The notes under the pieces: model-generated | Database searches by the model: none | Told to the model about the DNA's origin: nothing | The model's input: the letters and a program-made list of their open reading frames with translations, nothing else | Shown here: one piece after another, positions 30,001 to 43,064 of the stretch | Layout: every line of letters starts with the position of its first letter | Position numbering within the stretch: position 1 is the first letter of the stretch | Assembly: GCA_951406725.2 (NCBI GenBank) | Contig: OX597819.1 | Span: 60,078,001 to 60,142,000, forward strand | From: Octopus vulgaris | Taxonomy: Eukaryota | Reading direction: 5' to 3' | Length of the DNA stretch: 64,000 nt | Program-made: the position numbers and the translations under genes

Positions 30001-31044
30001 TGGCTGGGTAGTTAGCAGTGGATGTACCTGTATGCAAAACTGGTTGAACATCCAAAGTCTGCCAGCTGTCTCCACTGGAAGACATATTACAGCTACTATG
30101 AAGGTTGCTGATGCCATCCAGTGTACAACTCCTAATAAAGCTGGAAAACAAAGAAAAGGGTTTTATCTTAGAGCCAATTGTTTACATTTCTTATCCATAT
30201 ATAGAATCTCCCAATTTTTTGCAATTTCCTAACAGTCTTCGGTAGGCTTTAATCCTTTGCTTCTACATTAGTACTACATCATAAAAAAGATCCCTGCTTA
30301 GTTGTTAATTTCCAGCTCATTTAATACCAACTTGTCTGATGAAACCATCCCTGTTCTATAATACAAATAATCAGTTTTATAGTGATCTAAATTTAAATAT
30401 TCCATCAAAATTTCACATAAACTTTAGTTTTAAACACCAGGTTAATAATGATAAATTTATTTTACTAAACGCTTTATTATTTTCGAAATATGGTAACCAA
30501 TTAAAGAACATTTAAGTGTCTTTAGCATTTGACCTGGTGAAAATGGCAGCTGAACCTCTCTCAAGTCATATTCTATTGTCTAGGAAAAGAAAGAGCAATA
30601 GGAAAATACTGTATTAGAAACAGTAACACTTTTGTTACCATATTTCTGTTGAAAAACACTGATTTAGTTTCAATTAATTGTGAAAATAGCAAAGAATTTC
30701 GTAAAATGACTGTCATCATTATGCTGGTGTTTGGAACATAAATTAACAGAAAATTTTGACAATAAGTTTTAATTTAGATCACTTCAAAACAAGAAGTGTC
30801 GATCTGAAAACCAGGGCTGGTCTCAGGTGAGTTGATGACAAAAGAGTTAAATTTGGAATAAAAGATGGGATGGTCATGCCTAGAATGTCTTTGATCAGAA
30901 GTCTATTTGATCAGGGTTGACCAAGGCTGAACAACTACTACTTTTGTAGTATTAACTTTCTATACAAAGCTTAGTATTTATCCAGTAAAAGAATAAAAGA
31001 ATCTCCCAATATAATAATGAGCATAGTGTTTTTATATATTTGTG

Positions 31045-31080
<36 letters not shown>

Positions 31081-33003
31081 TATATATATGTATATATGTC
31101 CAGAGTCATGCCGGACATGGAAGAGGACAGAAAATAGTCACTCAGTGAAGGAGAAGTAGTGAAAGTAATAGCCCAGAGTGAGAGAAAGTAATAGCAATGA
31201 GAGAAAGGAAGGCGTGATGGATGAATAAAGAAGGAAGGGGTGAAAAAAATCAGTGTTTCAACTCTGTGTGAGTATATGTGTATATGTGTGTGTGTGTACA
31301 AGGGAAGTATGTGAATGTTTGTATGTTTGATTATTATGTACCTTATCTTGATAATAATAAAACTGTAGGTATGTTTGTGTGTAACTGAAATATCTCAGAA
31401 ATAGTACATTTTATCTTATTCCTTTTTACATATTTACTTTCATACTTACCTTCGGCAGTACAGTACAAATTTTTGTGACATTTGGACCTCTATTTAAATG
31501 ATTAAACACAATTTTTGCTATTTCTTGATGAAAAAATACATGGCTTCCATGACATCAACACACATACAGAATACACACACATATAATGAATGTTATGGCA
31601 TGTCAATCAACACAAACACATGTTTGCTATCTGTGACATATACACATACATTGTCCTCGCACTCTCTAAGAAAAAAAAACGTTGACTTTTTGATGTACAC
31701 AATATCTTAATTGTTTAGAAATATTTTGAACTGAAAGTGATTTCATTATCCAAAGTTTGTTAATTTATGTAAAAATTTTTTTGTTTATTTACTTTTGTTT
31801 TAAAGTGAAAGAGAGGAGAAAGTGAAAGATATATGTGTATATGAAATGGACTTGAGTGAAAGAGAGAGAGAGAGGAAGACAGAGAGGGAAAAAGAGTGTG
31901 AGTGAAGGGGTGTGTTGTCATGTATACGTACGTACATCAATACATATGCATACATCTTTTTTGTATGTACGTATGCATGTGTGTGAGAAAGAGAGTGTGT
32001 GTATGTGAGTGAGTGAACATCTGTGTTCTCATGTATGTGTATGTGGCATACTCTCTCTCTCTTTCTCTCTCACACACACACACATGTATTTCATACACAC
32101 GTTCATACAACTTTCACTTTCTCCTCCCTTTCACTTTAAAACAAAAGTAACAGATGATTTTCAAGATAAAAATTGTTAAGAAGCTTCTACTCATGTAAAT
32201 TGTTTGGATAGTTCCAATTAAATAAGTCCAGAAATTAGGTTAAATATATATACATGCATAACTACCGTGAATTCCCATTCTACAAAATGGCAAACAATTC
32301 CGTGAATACTTTACCAGGCAAGGCTGGGTAGTAAGTCTAATTTATATATAAAATACTACAATTAGCCGTCATTATTGATGGCACGTGGTCAGCTAGTAAG
32401 TACATAAAAATATAATTAATTTTCTAGTAATTTGTGGGTTGTGAAGAGGGATTAGTTGATTAATCCTTTAGCATTGAAACTGGCCATACCCAGCCCAAAT
32501 ATACTATCAGCATTATGCTCAAACTGGCCTCTCACACCTACCCTGCAATGTTATTCCAAAAATATATAATTACATAACTGAAATCTCAAAGCTATGAGAT
32601 AATGCAGAATTAATTCAAAATGATTTGAATAAATAAACATTAATTTGACAAAGTAATCTGAATGCTAAAGGGTTAAATCAACCTCAATTTTATTTGACTG
32701 GTATTTCGTGTTATCAATGCCAAAAGGGTGAAAAGCAAAGCTGATTTCAGTTAGATTTGAACTCAGAACAGTAAAAAGCTGTAACAAAATATTACAAGGC
32801 ATTTTATCAGGCACACCAACAATTCAGCCAACTCAATGAATAATAATAATGATTGTTCTTTCTAATTTTGGTCAAGGCTAGCAATTTCAATGGGAGAAGA
32901 GAATCAATTACATTGACCCCCAGTGCTCAGGTGTTCCTTGAGCCAGAAGAAATGCCACTAAGCATTTTGTCTGAGGCAGTAATGAGTTTATTAGCTCATT
33001 GCC

Positions 33004-33041
<38 letters not shown>

Positions 33042-35178
33042 TCTTTCTGCTATAGGCTTGAAATTTTTAGGGAGGGGCTAGTCTATTATACTGACTTCTG
33101 TGCACAACTAGTACTTATTTTATTGACCCTGAAAGGATGAAAGGCAAAGTTAACCTCAGTGGAATTTGAACTCAGATTGTAAAGACAAATAAAATGCCTT
33201 TAAGCTAACAACTCTGCTAGCTCACCATTTTAATAATGATAATAATCCTTTCTATATGGTTACAAGGCCTGCAATTTTGGGGGAGGGGACTAATCAATTA
33301 CATCAACCCCAGTGTTTCACTGGTACTTAATTTATTGACTCCAAAAGGATGAAAGGCAAAGCCGACCTCGGCGGAATTTGAACTCAGAACACGTTGATGG
33401 ATGAAATGCCGCTAAGCATTTTTTGCCTGGCATGCTAATGACTCTGTCAGCTTGCTGCCTTAAATAATAATAATAATGATAATGGTTTCAAATTTTGGCA
33501 CCAAGCCAGTAATTTTGGGGCAGTGAGATAGTCATTTACATCGACCCCAGTGATGAGTTGGTACTTACTTTATTGACCCAAAAAAGATGGCAGGCAAAGT
33601 CAGCCTTGGTGGAATTTGAACTCAGAACATAAAAACAGACAAAATGCTGCTCAATATATTAACAATTCTGTCAGTTCATCACCTTCTTAATAATGATAAT
33701 AATAATTCATTCTTTTATTGGCCACAAGGGCTCACATAAAATTACATTAAAAGACATACAACAATATAAAAGACAAAAACAGGACGATAGAATGGGTTTT
33801 ACAATGTGTAAACAATATAAATAACAATTAAAAATTAAACAAATTAAAACTTCCAATAAGGGAGGCGCTTTAAGGACCTCGTGGAAAAACCCACAAAAGC
33901 CACAGGTGTCTGAACAATAGGGCAAGAGCCCTTCTCCTTTTTATTTTTACAGGTGTACGCTCAGAATTGGTCCTTTCACACTGGCCATTCTTCCAACACT
34001 CACCCACATTTTCAACAAACTTGCTACAGGGCAACACTTCCCTCTCCACCCCCAACTTCCTGAGGGCTTGGCCAAAGAGGAAAGTGCCTGTGTCCACCAT
34101 ACTACCTCTTTTGATAATAATAATAATAAAATATTAGTTGACGTTGCTTACTTTTGTATATCTTTCCTCAGTTGCTCAGAACCTCCATTGATTTCCAGCT
34201 GTATTCCAAGTAATGCCTACAAAACATGATATGCCTGCATCGTAACTATTGTGCATTGAATAAAAGAAATAAGATAACATTCTAATAGAACTCACGGATC
34301 ATATGTTTAATGTGTGTGTGTGTGTGTGTGTGTTTGTTGTTTATCTATTTAAGCCTGACATTTATTCTAGCAGTCACTTTTGCCCACTAAGTTATAAGGA
34401 CACATAAACAAAGCAACACCAGTTGTCAGACAGTGGTGAGGGATACACACACACAACTGAGCTAGGTTTCTCTAAGAAGCCTATGAAACTTTAAGCCATC
34501 TGGCACTGAATCAAACTGTTTTAAACAATCTCCTAATATAATAATGAGCATAGTGTTTATATGTGTTTATATATATATATATATATATATATTTGTCCAA
34601 AATCACGCAGTAGGAATGAATGGTGAAGGGAGAGGAAGAAAATAGTAATTCAGTGAAGGAGAAGTAGTGAGAGTAATAGCCCCAACTGAGAGAAAGTAAT
34701 AGCAATAAGAGAGAGGAAGTGGCAAAGAGCACATCATGTATCTTCTGTTTTTCTCAGTCACAACATATGGAAAGGGTGATAGATAATTAACGAAGGAAGG
34801 GGTGATGGCAAACTTAGTGGTATGATGGAAGTTTGATGGCGAAAAGAAAAGTCAAATAGCATTTCAACTTTGCGTGAGTATATGTGTGTGTATATAAAAG
34901 GGAGTTATGTGTGTGTGTGTGTGCAATGGAAGTGGAATGGTGGACATTCAACACTGAAAAGAAAAATCAAACAGCATTTCAACTCTGAGTATATGTGTGT
35001 ATGTGTGCGTGTGTACAAGGGAAGTATGTGAATGTTTGCACCTGTGATTATTATGTACCTTATTTATATATAAATACTACCATTAGCCATCATTTTTGAT
35101 GGCATAAGGCCAGCTAGTACACACACACAGAGGCAGTGCCCCAGAATGGCCACAGCCTTAGGCCTGAAATGTATAAAA

Positions 35179-35216
<38 letters not shown>

Positions 35217-38200
35217 GAAAAAGGAAATGGAAGATAGATTTAGTTTGAATCTTTATTCATTATGACAATCGTTTTGACCCATCCTGCATCTGTCCCACAG
35301 AGATAGGATATTGTGCATCTGGTTTTATATACATATATATGTATGTATATATGATAGGCTCATACACAGTTTGGTCTACCAAATCCACTCAAGACTACAA
35401 TAGAAGACATTTGCCCAAAGTGGCAAGCAGTGGGACTGAACCCAAAACCATGTGGTGTAAACCACATAGCCAGGCCTTCAATTATATCCATGCCTTTACT
35501 CTTTAGCTGGTTTTTTCATTGCACTGCAGCCACATGAGGGTATTGCCATCTTAGAACTGACCAAGGCTGAACAGCTACAACAATAATAAGGAACTGTACC
35601 AATCCTAAAATATTGTTGCAGAGCATTTCCTTTGATACTCTAACATCCTGTCCATCTATTTAATGCCCTGCCAGACTAGCCTTTCATAAGAACTAGTCTT
35701 TTAATAAGAGTTGACTCAGAGCTAAACAAGAATAGTAACAACAAATTAAACAGGATTAATGTAATTCTATCTCTAAAAGCACCATTTGATAACTGATGCA
35801 ATCTCTTCAATTTGAACAGCTTCTTAACTGGAAAAAATACTGAGAAAATTTATAAAACAAAATGCATGTAATTAATTTCAATTTCTAAAAGTAAGTACAT
35901 TTACAGTTTTGCATTATTTTAGAGTTGTGCTTCCCAGCCTTTTAAAGAATAATGACATCATCATCATCATCATCATCATCATCATTTAGCGTCCGTTTTC
36001 CATGCTAGCATGGGTTGGACGGTTCAACTGGGGTCTGGGGAGCCCGAAGGCTGCACCAGGCCAGTCAGATCTGGCAGTGTTTCTACGGCTGGATGCCCTT
36101 CCTAATGCCAACCACTCCGAGAGTGTAGTGGGTGATTTTATGTGCCACCGACACAGGTGCCAGACGAGGCTGGCAGACGGCCACGCTCGGATGGTGTTTT
36201 TATGTGCCACCGACACAGGTGCCAGATGAGGCTGGCGGACGGCCACGATCGGATGGTGTTTGTTACGTCCCCAAAGCACGGAGGCCAGTCTATGCGGTAC
36301 TGGCTACGGCCACGTTCGGATGGTTTTCTTGTGTGCCACCGGCACTGGTACCACAAAGATACAAATTCCATTGATGTTCATCTATTTTGATTTGTTTTGA
36401 TTTGATTTGATTTTCACTTGCCTCAACAGGTCTTCACAAGTGTCACAAGAAGGAAGGTATGCACAGGTGGACTGACTACGTCCCAGGTAGGGGCCACGGG
36501 TTATGGCCTGACTAGTCTTGCCGGGTCTTCGGATGGTGTTTTTATGTGCCACCGACACAGGTGCCAGATGAGGCTGGCGAACGGCCACGATCAGATGGTG
36601 TTTGTTGCGTGCCCACAGCACGGAGGCCAGTCGATGCGGTACTGGCTACGGCCACGTTCGGATGGTTTTCTTGTGTGCCACCGGCACTGGTACCACAAAG
36701 ATACAAATTCCATTGATGTTCATCTATTTTGATTTGATTTGATTTGATTTGATTTACATTATTTACATATTTACATTCGATGGATATTTGTCCTCATCTT
36801 GTTTGTTGTTAACACAACACTTCAGCTGATATAACCTCCAGCCTTCTTCAGGTGTCTTGGGGAAATTTCGAACCTGGGTTCTCATTCTTAAGGTATTTTT
36901 CGATGTTAGCATTCAGGTCACTTCCTGGTACCGAACTCGGAATCTTGGGGTTAGTAGCCCGCGCTCTTAACCCCAAGATTCCAAGTTCGATTCCAAACAG
37001 TGACCTGAACAATAACAATAATAATAATAATTATTATAATAATAATAATAACATTGGAAAAATACCTTAGGAATGAGAATCCAGGTTCGAAATTTCTCCA
37101 AGACACCTGATGAAGGCAGGAGAGTATATCAGCCGAAACGTTGTGTTAACAACAAGCAAGATGAGGACAAATATCCGTCAAATGTAAATAATGTAAATAA
37201 TGTACATAATGTAAATAATGTAAATAATGTAAATAATTCCTCTTCTCTTAAATATAGAACAATGACATATTTTGTTTCACTTTGTTTCATTAAAATCAAG
37301 ACAACACATTTATTAATCTACTTCTTTTAAAAAAATTAACCCTTTTAAACCATTGTTACCATATTTTGTTAAAATAAACAGCATTTCTTCCAATTTTGAA
37401 AGTAATGAAAACTTTGTCATTAAACTGGTGTTTGGAACAAACCCTGGAATTTTGGAGGAGGGGTTAAATCGATTGTATCAACCCCAGTGCTCAACTGGTA
37501 CTTATTTTATCAACCCTGAAAGGTTGAAAGGCAAAGGTGACCTCAAGGGAATTTTAATTCAGAATGTAAAGACCGACGAAATACCACTAAGCATTTTGTC
37601 TGGTATGCTAACAATTCTCCCAGGTCACCACCTTTGGAACATAAATTAATATGGAATTTTGATGGAAGGTTTTAATTTAGACCACTTTAAAACAGAAAGT
37701 TTGTATCATAGGTGGGGTGGTATCAAAAGGGTTAAATCTCATATAACTGAAGGATAGAATATATTTAGGTTTATGTACAAGAGCAATCATGCACTATCAA
37801 AATATGTAATTAGTGTTATCATTTGCAAATGTGAAAAATTAGAGATAAAATATTCTGACCTCAGACAATTTTATGACACACCCAGAGTGGGACGCACCAC
37901 GTTTTTGTTACGAATGAGAACTTACACAATAAATCAAGTGATGGATGCTGTCATGTAAAACATCTATACACCGACATAAATAGTCCATAGCAATCACTGG
38001 CCAGGCTTCAAGGTAGTCTTTCACACAAGTGTCAATCTGACTCAACTGGAAGAAGATAAATAGCATTTATTGAAATAGGGTTCTAACATTGATTACATGG
38101 CCACAAAACTCTGGAGCAATTATTGTCAATATCAACCCCAGTAAATCACAGGTATTCACTTTATTGATCCTAGCAAGATGAAAGGCAAACTAGAAGCTAG

Positions 38201-39428
38201 CATGATTCAAGTTCAAGGTATTTCATTTGACACTACCTATTCAACCAATCTAAGGATCTTAGGTTTGTCTATATGCAGGTTCATTAGCCTGGAGCTTTTC
38301 CTGGTTTCTGTGGCTATAATGACAGAGAATACAAAACTTCTCACTGAACAAGATGCCAGTCCATTGCTGTTGCTGGTACTTGTTTCCAACTGAGTGGGCA
38401 GGGGCAATAAGAAATTAAGTGTTTTGCTCAATAACTCAATATGTTGTACACTTTGGGAATTGAAACCAAGACCTTATTATCATCAGCCCAAAACTTTAAG
38501 CACTAGCCTATGCATCTACACATATTCTGCCTACTCTTTGCCCTAATTTCTCGTACAGGCAAAGGCCAGAAAATTTGTGAGGAGGAGGAACACAAACGGG
38601 GATATCAGTTTTAGTACTGTCAAGCTCGGAAGGATGAAAAACAAGGTAGACCTTGCTGGGACTTGCACTCACATTGCAAAGAACAGTAACTAAATACCAC
38701 AAGGTATTTTGTCTGATACTGTTCGTTTAACGTCATCATCATCATCATCGTTTATCATTATTTCAATAATAATAATAATAATAATCCTTTCTACTATAGG
38801 TACAAGACCTGAAATTTTGGGGGAGGGGGCTAGTCAAGCTGATCGACCCCAGTACGCACCTGGTACTTAATTTATCAACCCCGAAAGGATGAAAGGCAAA
38901 GTCGACCTCAGCGGAATTTGAACTTAGAATATAGCGGACAGGCGAAATACTGTTAAGTATTTTGCCCAGCATGCTAACATTTCTGCCAGCTCACCACCTT
39001 AATAATAATAATAATAATGGTTTCAAATTTTGGGGGAGGGGCCCAGTTAATTAAATCGACCCCTCAACTGATACTTATTTTCTTGACCCCAAAAGGATGA
39101 AAGAAAAAGGTCAACCCCAGCAGTATTTGAACTCAGAATGTAAAGCTGAATGAAATGCCACTAAGCATTTTGCCTGGTCTACCAACGGTCCTGTCAGCTA
39201 GTTGTCTTAATAATACTACTACTAATAATAATGGTTTCAAATTTTTGCACAAGGCTAGCAATTTGGAAGTTGTGAGCTAGTCATTACATCAATCCCAATA
39301 CTCAACTGGTACTTTATTTTATTGATTCTGAAAGGATAAAAGGCAAAGCCAAACCCTGTGGAAATTGAACTCAGAATGCCACTAAGTCTTTCACCTGGTG
39401 TGCTAATGATTCTGCCAGCTCACCACCC

Positions 39429-39462
<34 letters not shown>

Positions 39463-42400
39463 CCTTTTTACTATAGGCATAAAGCTTGAAATTTGGGGGA
39501 AGGGGATAGTCAATTACATCGACCCCAGTGTATAAGTGGTGCTCATTTTATCAACCCTGAAAAGATGAAAGGCATAGCTGACCTTGGTGGAATTTGAACT
39601 CAGAATGTAAAGCCAGATGAAATACTGCTAAGCATGTTAACGATTTTGCCAGTTCGCTACCTTAACAATAATGATGATGATGATGATGATGATAATGGTT
39701 TCAAATTTTGCCACAAGGGCAACAGTTTTGGGGTAGGGGATGAGTCGATGACATTCACCTCAGTGTTTCACTGGTACTTATTTTATCGACCCCAAAAGAT
39801 GAAAGGCAAAGTCGACCCCGGGTGGAATTTAAACTCAGAATGTAAAGATGGATGAAATGCCACTAAGCATCTTGCCCAGCATCCTAATGACCCTGCCAGC
39901 TTGCCTCCTTCAACAGTAATAATTTCTAGCATTGTTACATTGTGACAAACTTTATCATAAAATGAAGTCGATTAAATCAATTCCAGTTCTTAACATGCCC
40001 TCATTATAGTGTCTTTGAAATGAGACAGTGATGATAATAATAATCCTTTCTACTGGAAGCAGAAGGCCTCAAATTTGGGAGAAGGGATTAAGTTGATTAC
40101 ATTGACCCCAATGCATAACTGGTACTTATCTAATCAACCCCAAAAGGATGAAAGACTAAGTTGGCCCTGGCAGAATTTGAAGTGATAATAATAATTATAT
40201 AAATCATAATAAAAATAAATATTTTCAAATTTTGGCACAGAGCCAGTAATTAGGGAAAAGATAAGCAATTACATCAACTCAAATATGTACCTATTTTAAT
40301 GACCATAAAAGGCAAAGTTGACCCCAGTGGAATTTGAATTCAGAAGGTACAGATGGACGAAATGCCATAAAACATTTTGCCCAGCATACTAACAGTTTTG
40401 CCAACTTGCCACCTTATATAGTCATATAATAAGGTAACAATGTCATTGCATGTGGTATGGTTTAGTTATATCTCACAGATAGGCCCCCATCCTGGTCTCT
40501 TCAAATAAAAAGCAGATCCTTAAAAAATATTCTTACATACTCATAGATTCTTTTACAGTTAAATCAAATGTTTGAGTTATATTATGAATGATATTGTACA
40601 ATACTGCTTTACCATACATCATCCGGTAATGCACCTCAGTACATCATCAGTGATGTTTCCTAGGGTCATTAGGTGATTTGGGTCTTTCAACATCAGACAC
40701 CCTTACCCAGGAGACCTGGGCTAGGATTGACCAAGTCCCAGCCTGTGGTCCAGTTAGTACTGCCCCTTCCAGAGCTCATACCTCTCGATTCTCAGCCGCC
40801 TTGAAGGCAATCTCTGCTGCCTCTATAACCAGTTTAATGACCCTTTGCTTACTGGCCCCTGTGATGCCCAGCATGTTATAAACTCTGCAGAGGGACTGGC
40901 CTGTAAACCCTCTAGATCTTATCTCAATGGGGGTCACACTTCGCTTGCTACCCATTACTTTGGCATAGTTCCATCAACTCTACATCTTTCCTCCTTTTAT
41001 TCTCATTTGCCTCCTCGATGTGGTCCTCCCAGGGAAGGGAGAGTTTTAACAAAATCACCTGCTTAAAAAGTGAATCTAAAAAGGAAAATAAATATAACTG
41101 GTTGAAAAAAAAATTATTGTTAATTATAACTTACATAAGATTATTCCAGCTTAAATGAGAATATTTATGAGAGTTAAAAAGAAAAGTTATCAAAAATATA
41201 TAAAAAGTTTAATACAACCAACATAAGTCATTTGATGCAATTTTAAAAAATAATACAAGCAAATTTGAAAATAAATTTTTAAATAGCAACAAAAAAGAAG
41301 TAATTAACCAAAGCAACTGATGATGATGATGTTGCTTTTACAAAAGTAATTTTGTATTAAAGACTCAATGATTTTTTTTTAAGCAAATGGATAAATAAAA
41401 AATATCAGGGATACTAAATGTACTAATGTCAGTAGATATTCTATGCTTTAAAGCAGAGGTTCCCAACCTTATTTTACTTGTGGACCCCCTGAGAGCTATC
41501 TTATCATGTGTGAACCCCATATATGCACATGCAAATTTTTGAAATAAAATATCTGTTTGTAGGTTAGTAAAAACTAACAATGAAACAATTTCGTTATATT
41601 CATAACATAAATTCCAAATACAAATGTTGGAAATTTCAATAAATACAAGTACCTCTCCTAGAAAACAAAATTTATATATGGACCCACAAATTACAATTTC
41701 TCACTTGTGGACTCCCTTAAAGCTTTTGTGGACTCAGGGGGGGGGGAGGTCACGTGGACACTGGTTGGGAACCCTTGCATTAAAGCAAATCTAATTAGTA
41801 TTTATGAAGGCAAAAAGCAAGTACGATAATTTGCAATTAAACAGACTAGACATGAGACGGTTATTAGCAGTTAAGTTCACCTTGCTGTATGCTTCATTCT
41901 TGTTAAATTAAATAATGTGTGGTATGCCAAATGAGAATGTTTCAGATCTGTTCTGGTCAAAATTTATGACTTAAAATATGGCCTCTCAAACATTATCTTT
42001 TTATGAGTTATGATAAAGTGAAGTGGAAAAAAAATGTAATGTAAACTAAGAAAAAAAGGGAGTTAATTTAACTAAAAACAATTTAGACAATGACCCCTTA
42101 GCAATAAAACAGTGATTTTACAACATTTCTAACATATGCCACCTGTTCCAAATATAACTTACTTATATCTCTATGAATAAGTCAGTAGTTTATATTTTTT
42201 TCATTAGCTTCTTAAAGTTCTGTTTAAAATCTAAAAAACTATTTGAATAGACACAAATACAGAAAAATGAGAGGCAACAAAGAAGTCCCTTCATGCTTGA
42301 AATAGCAGCCAAAACTCTCTTATATTATGCTTACAACTGTCTTTAAAAAATAAGGAAGGACTTATTAGATAATGTAGTTTGAGAACTCCCACCCCCAATA

Positions 42401-43031
42401 ACCCCTTCCATGTTATCTTGTTCTAAATACACAAAAATCAGACTCTACAATGGATTCTCAGTGACCTGAAGGATTATGGGACGTCATCATTGTGTGTGTG
42501 TGAGTGTGTGTATGTGTGTGTGTGCATGCATACATATGTGTGTAGCTTGTCCTATTGGAATTTTTTGCTTTAGTATTCTGAGAGAAAAATCATAGGGATA
42601 ATTTCAAAGACTTTTACAGAAAATAAGGTGTTTTTGGTGTGTGTGTGGGGGGTTTTCTAATCATAAAGAATTGTACTGTCATTACTTCCTATAGAAATAG
42701 AAAAGTAACATTCAGTTTAGAAAATATTATATCTTGATATAATGTGTAGTTTATGAGGAAAACATAAATAAATGTTGGTGTTAATGATTAAAAAACTCCG
42801 TTTTGAAAGTATGCAATGGAAAATAAGACAAAATTCTATTTGTTCAGCAAATATGAAGCATTCTCATAGAAATATAACGAAGAGATTTAAATAATGAGAT
42901 ACTAAAGTAAAATCATGAAGGAAACGGTAGTGGTGGTGGTGGTGGTGGTAGGAGAATGAAAGTTGATAGTGATGAATATAGCAACTGAATGAATTCAATG
43001 GCAAATAAAATGCCATGCCATACAGAAAAGA

Positions 43032-43064
<33 letters not shown>

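Noticed and set aside
31450-31489. 40-nt candidate minus-strand exon with perfect AAG|gtaagt donor (GPNVTKICTVLPK)
   Set aside because: It would shift the frame in a phase-2 intron, has a weak acceptor and lies inside the nested Helitron. At most a cryptic or poison exon.
38545-40415. Repeat-spacer pattern superficially like a CRISPR array
   Set aside because: The units are about 210-bp SINEs with microsatellite spacers in eukaryotic DNA, and there are no cas genes.
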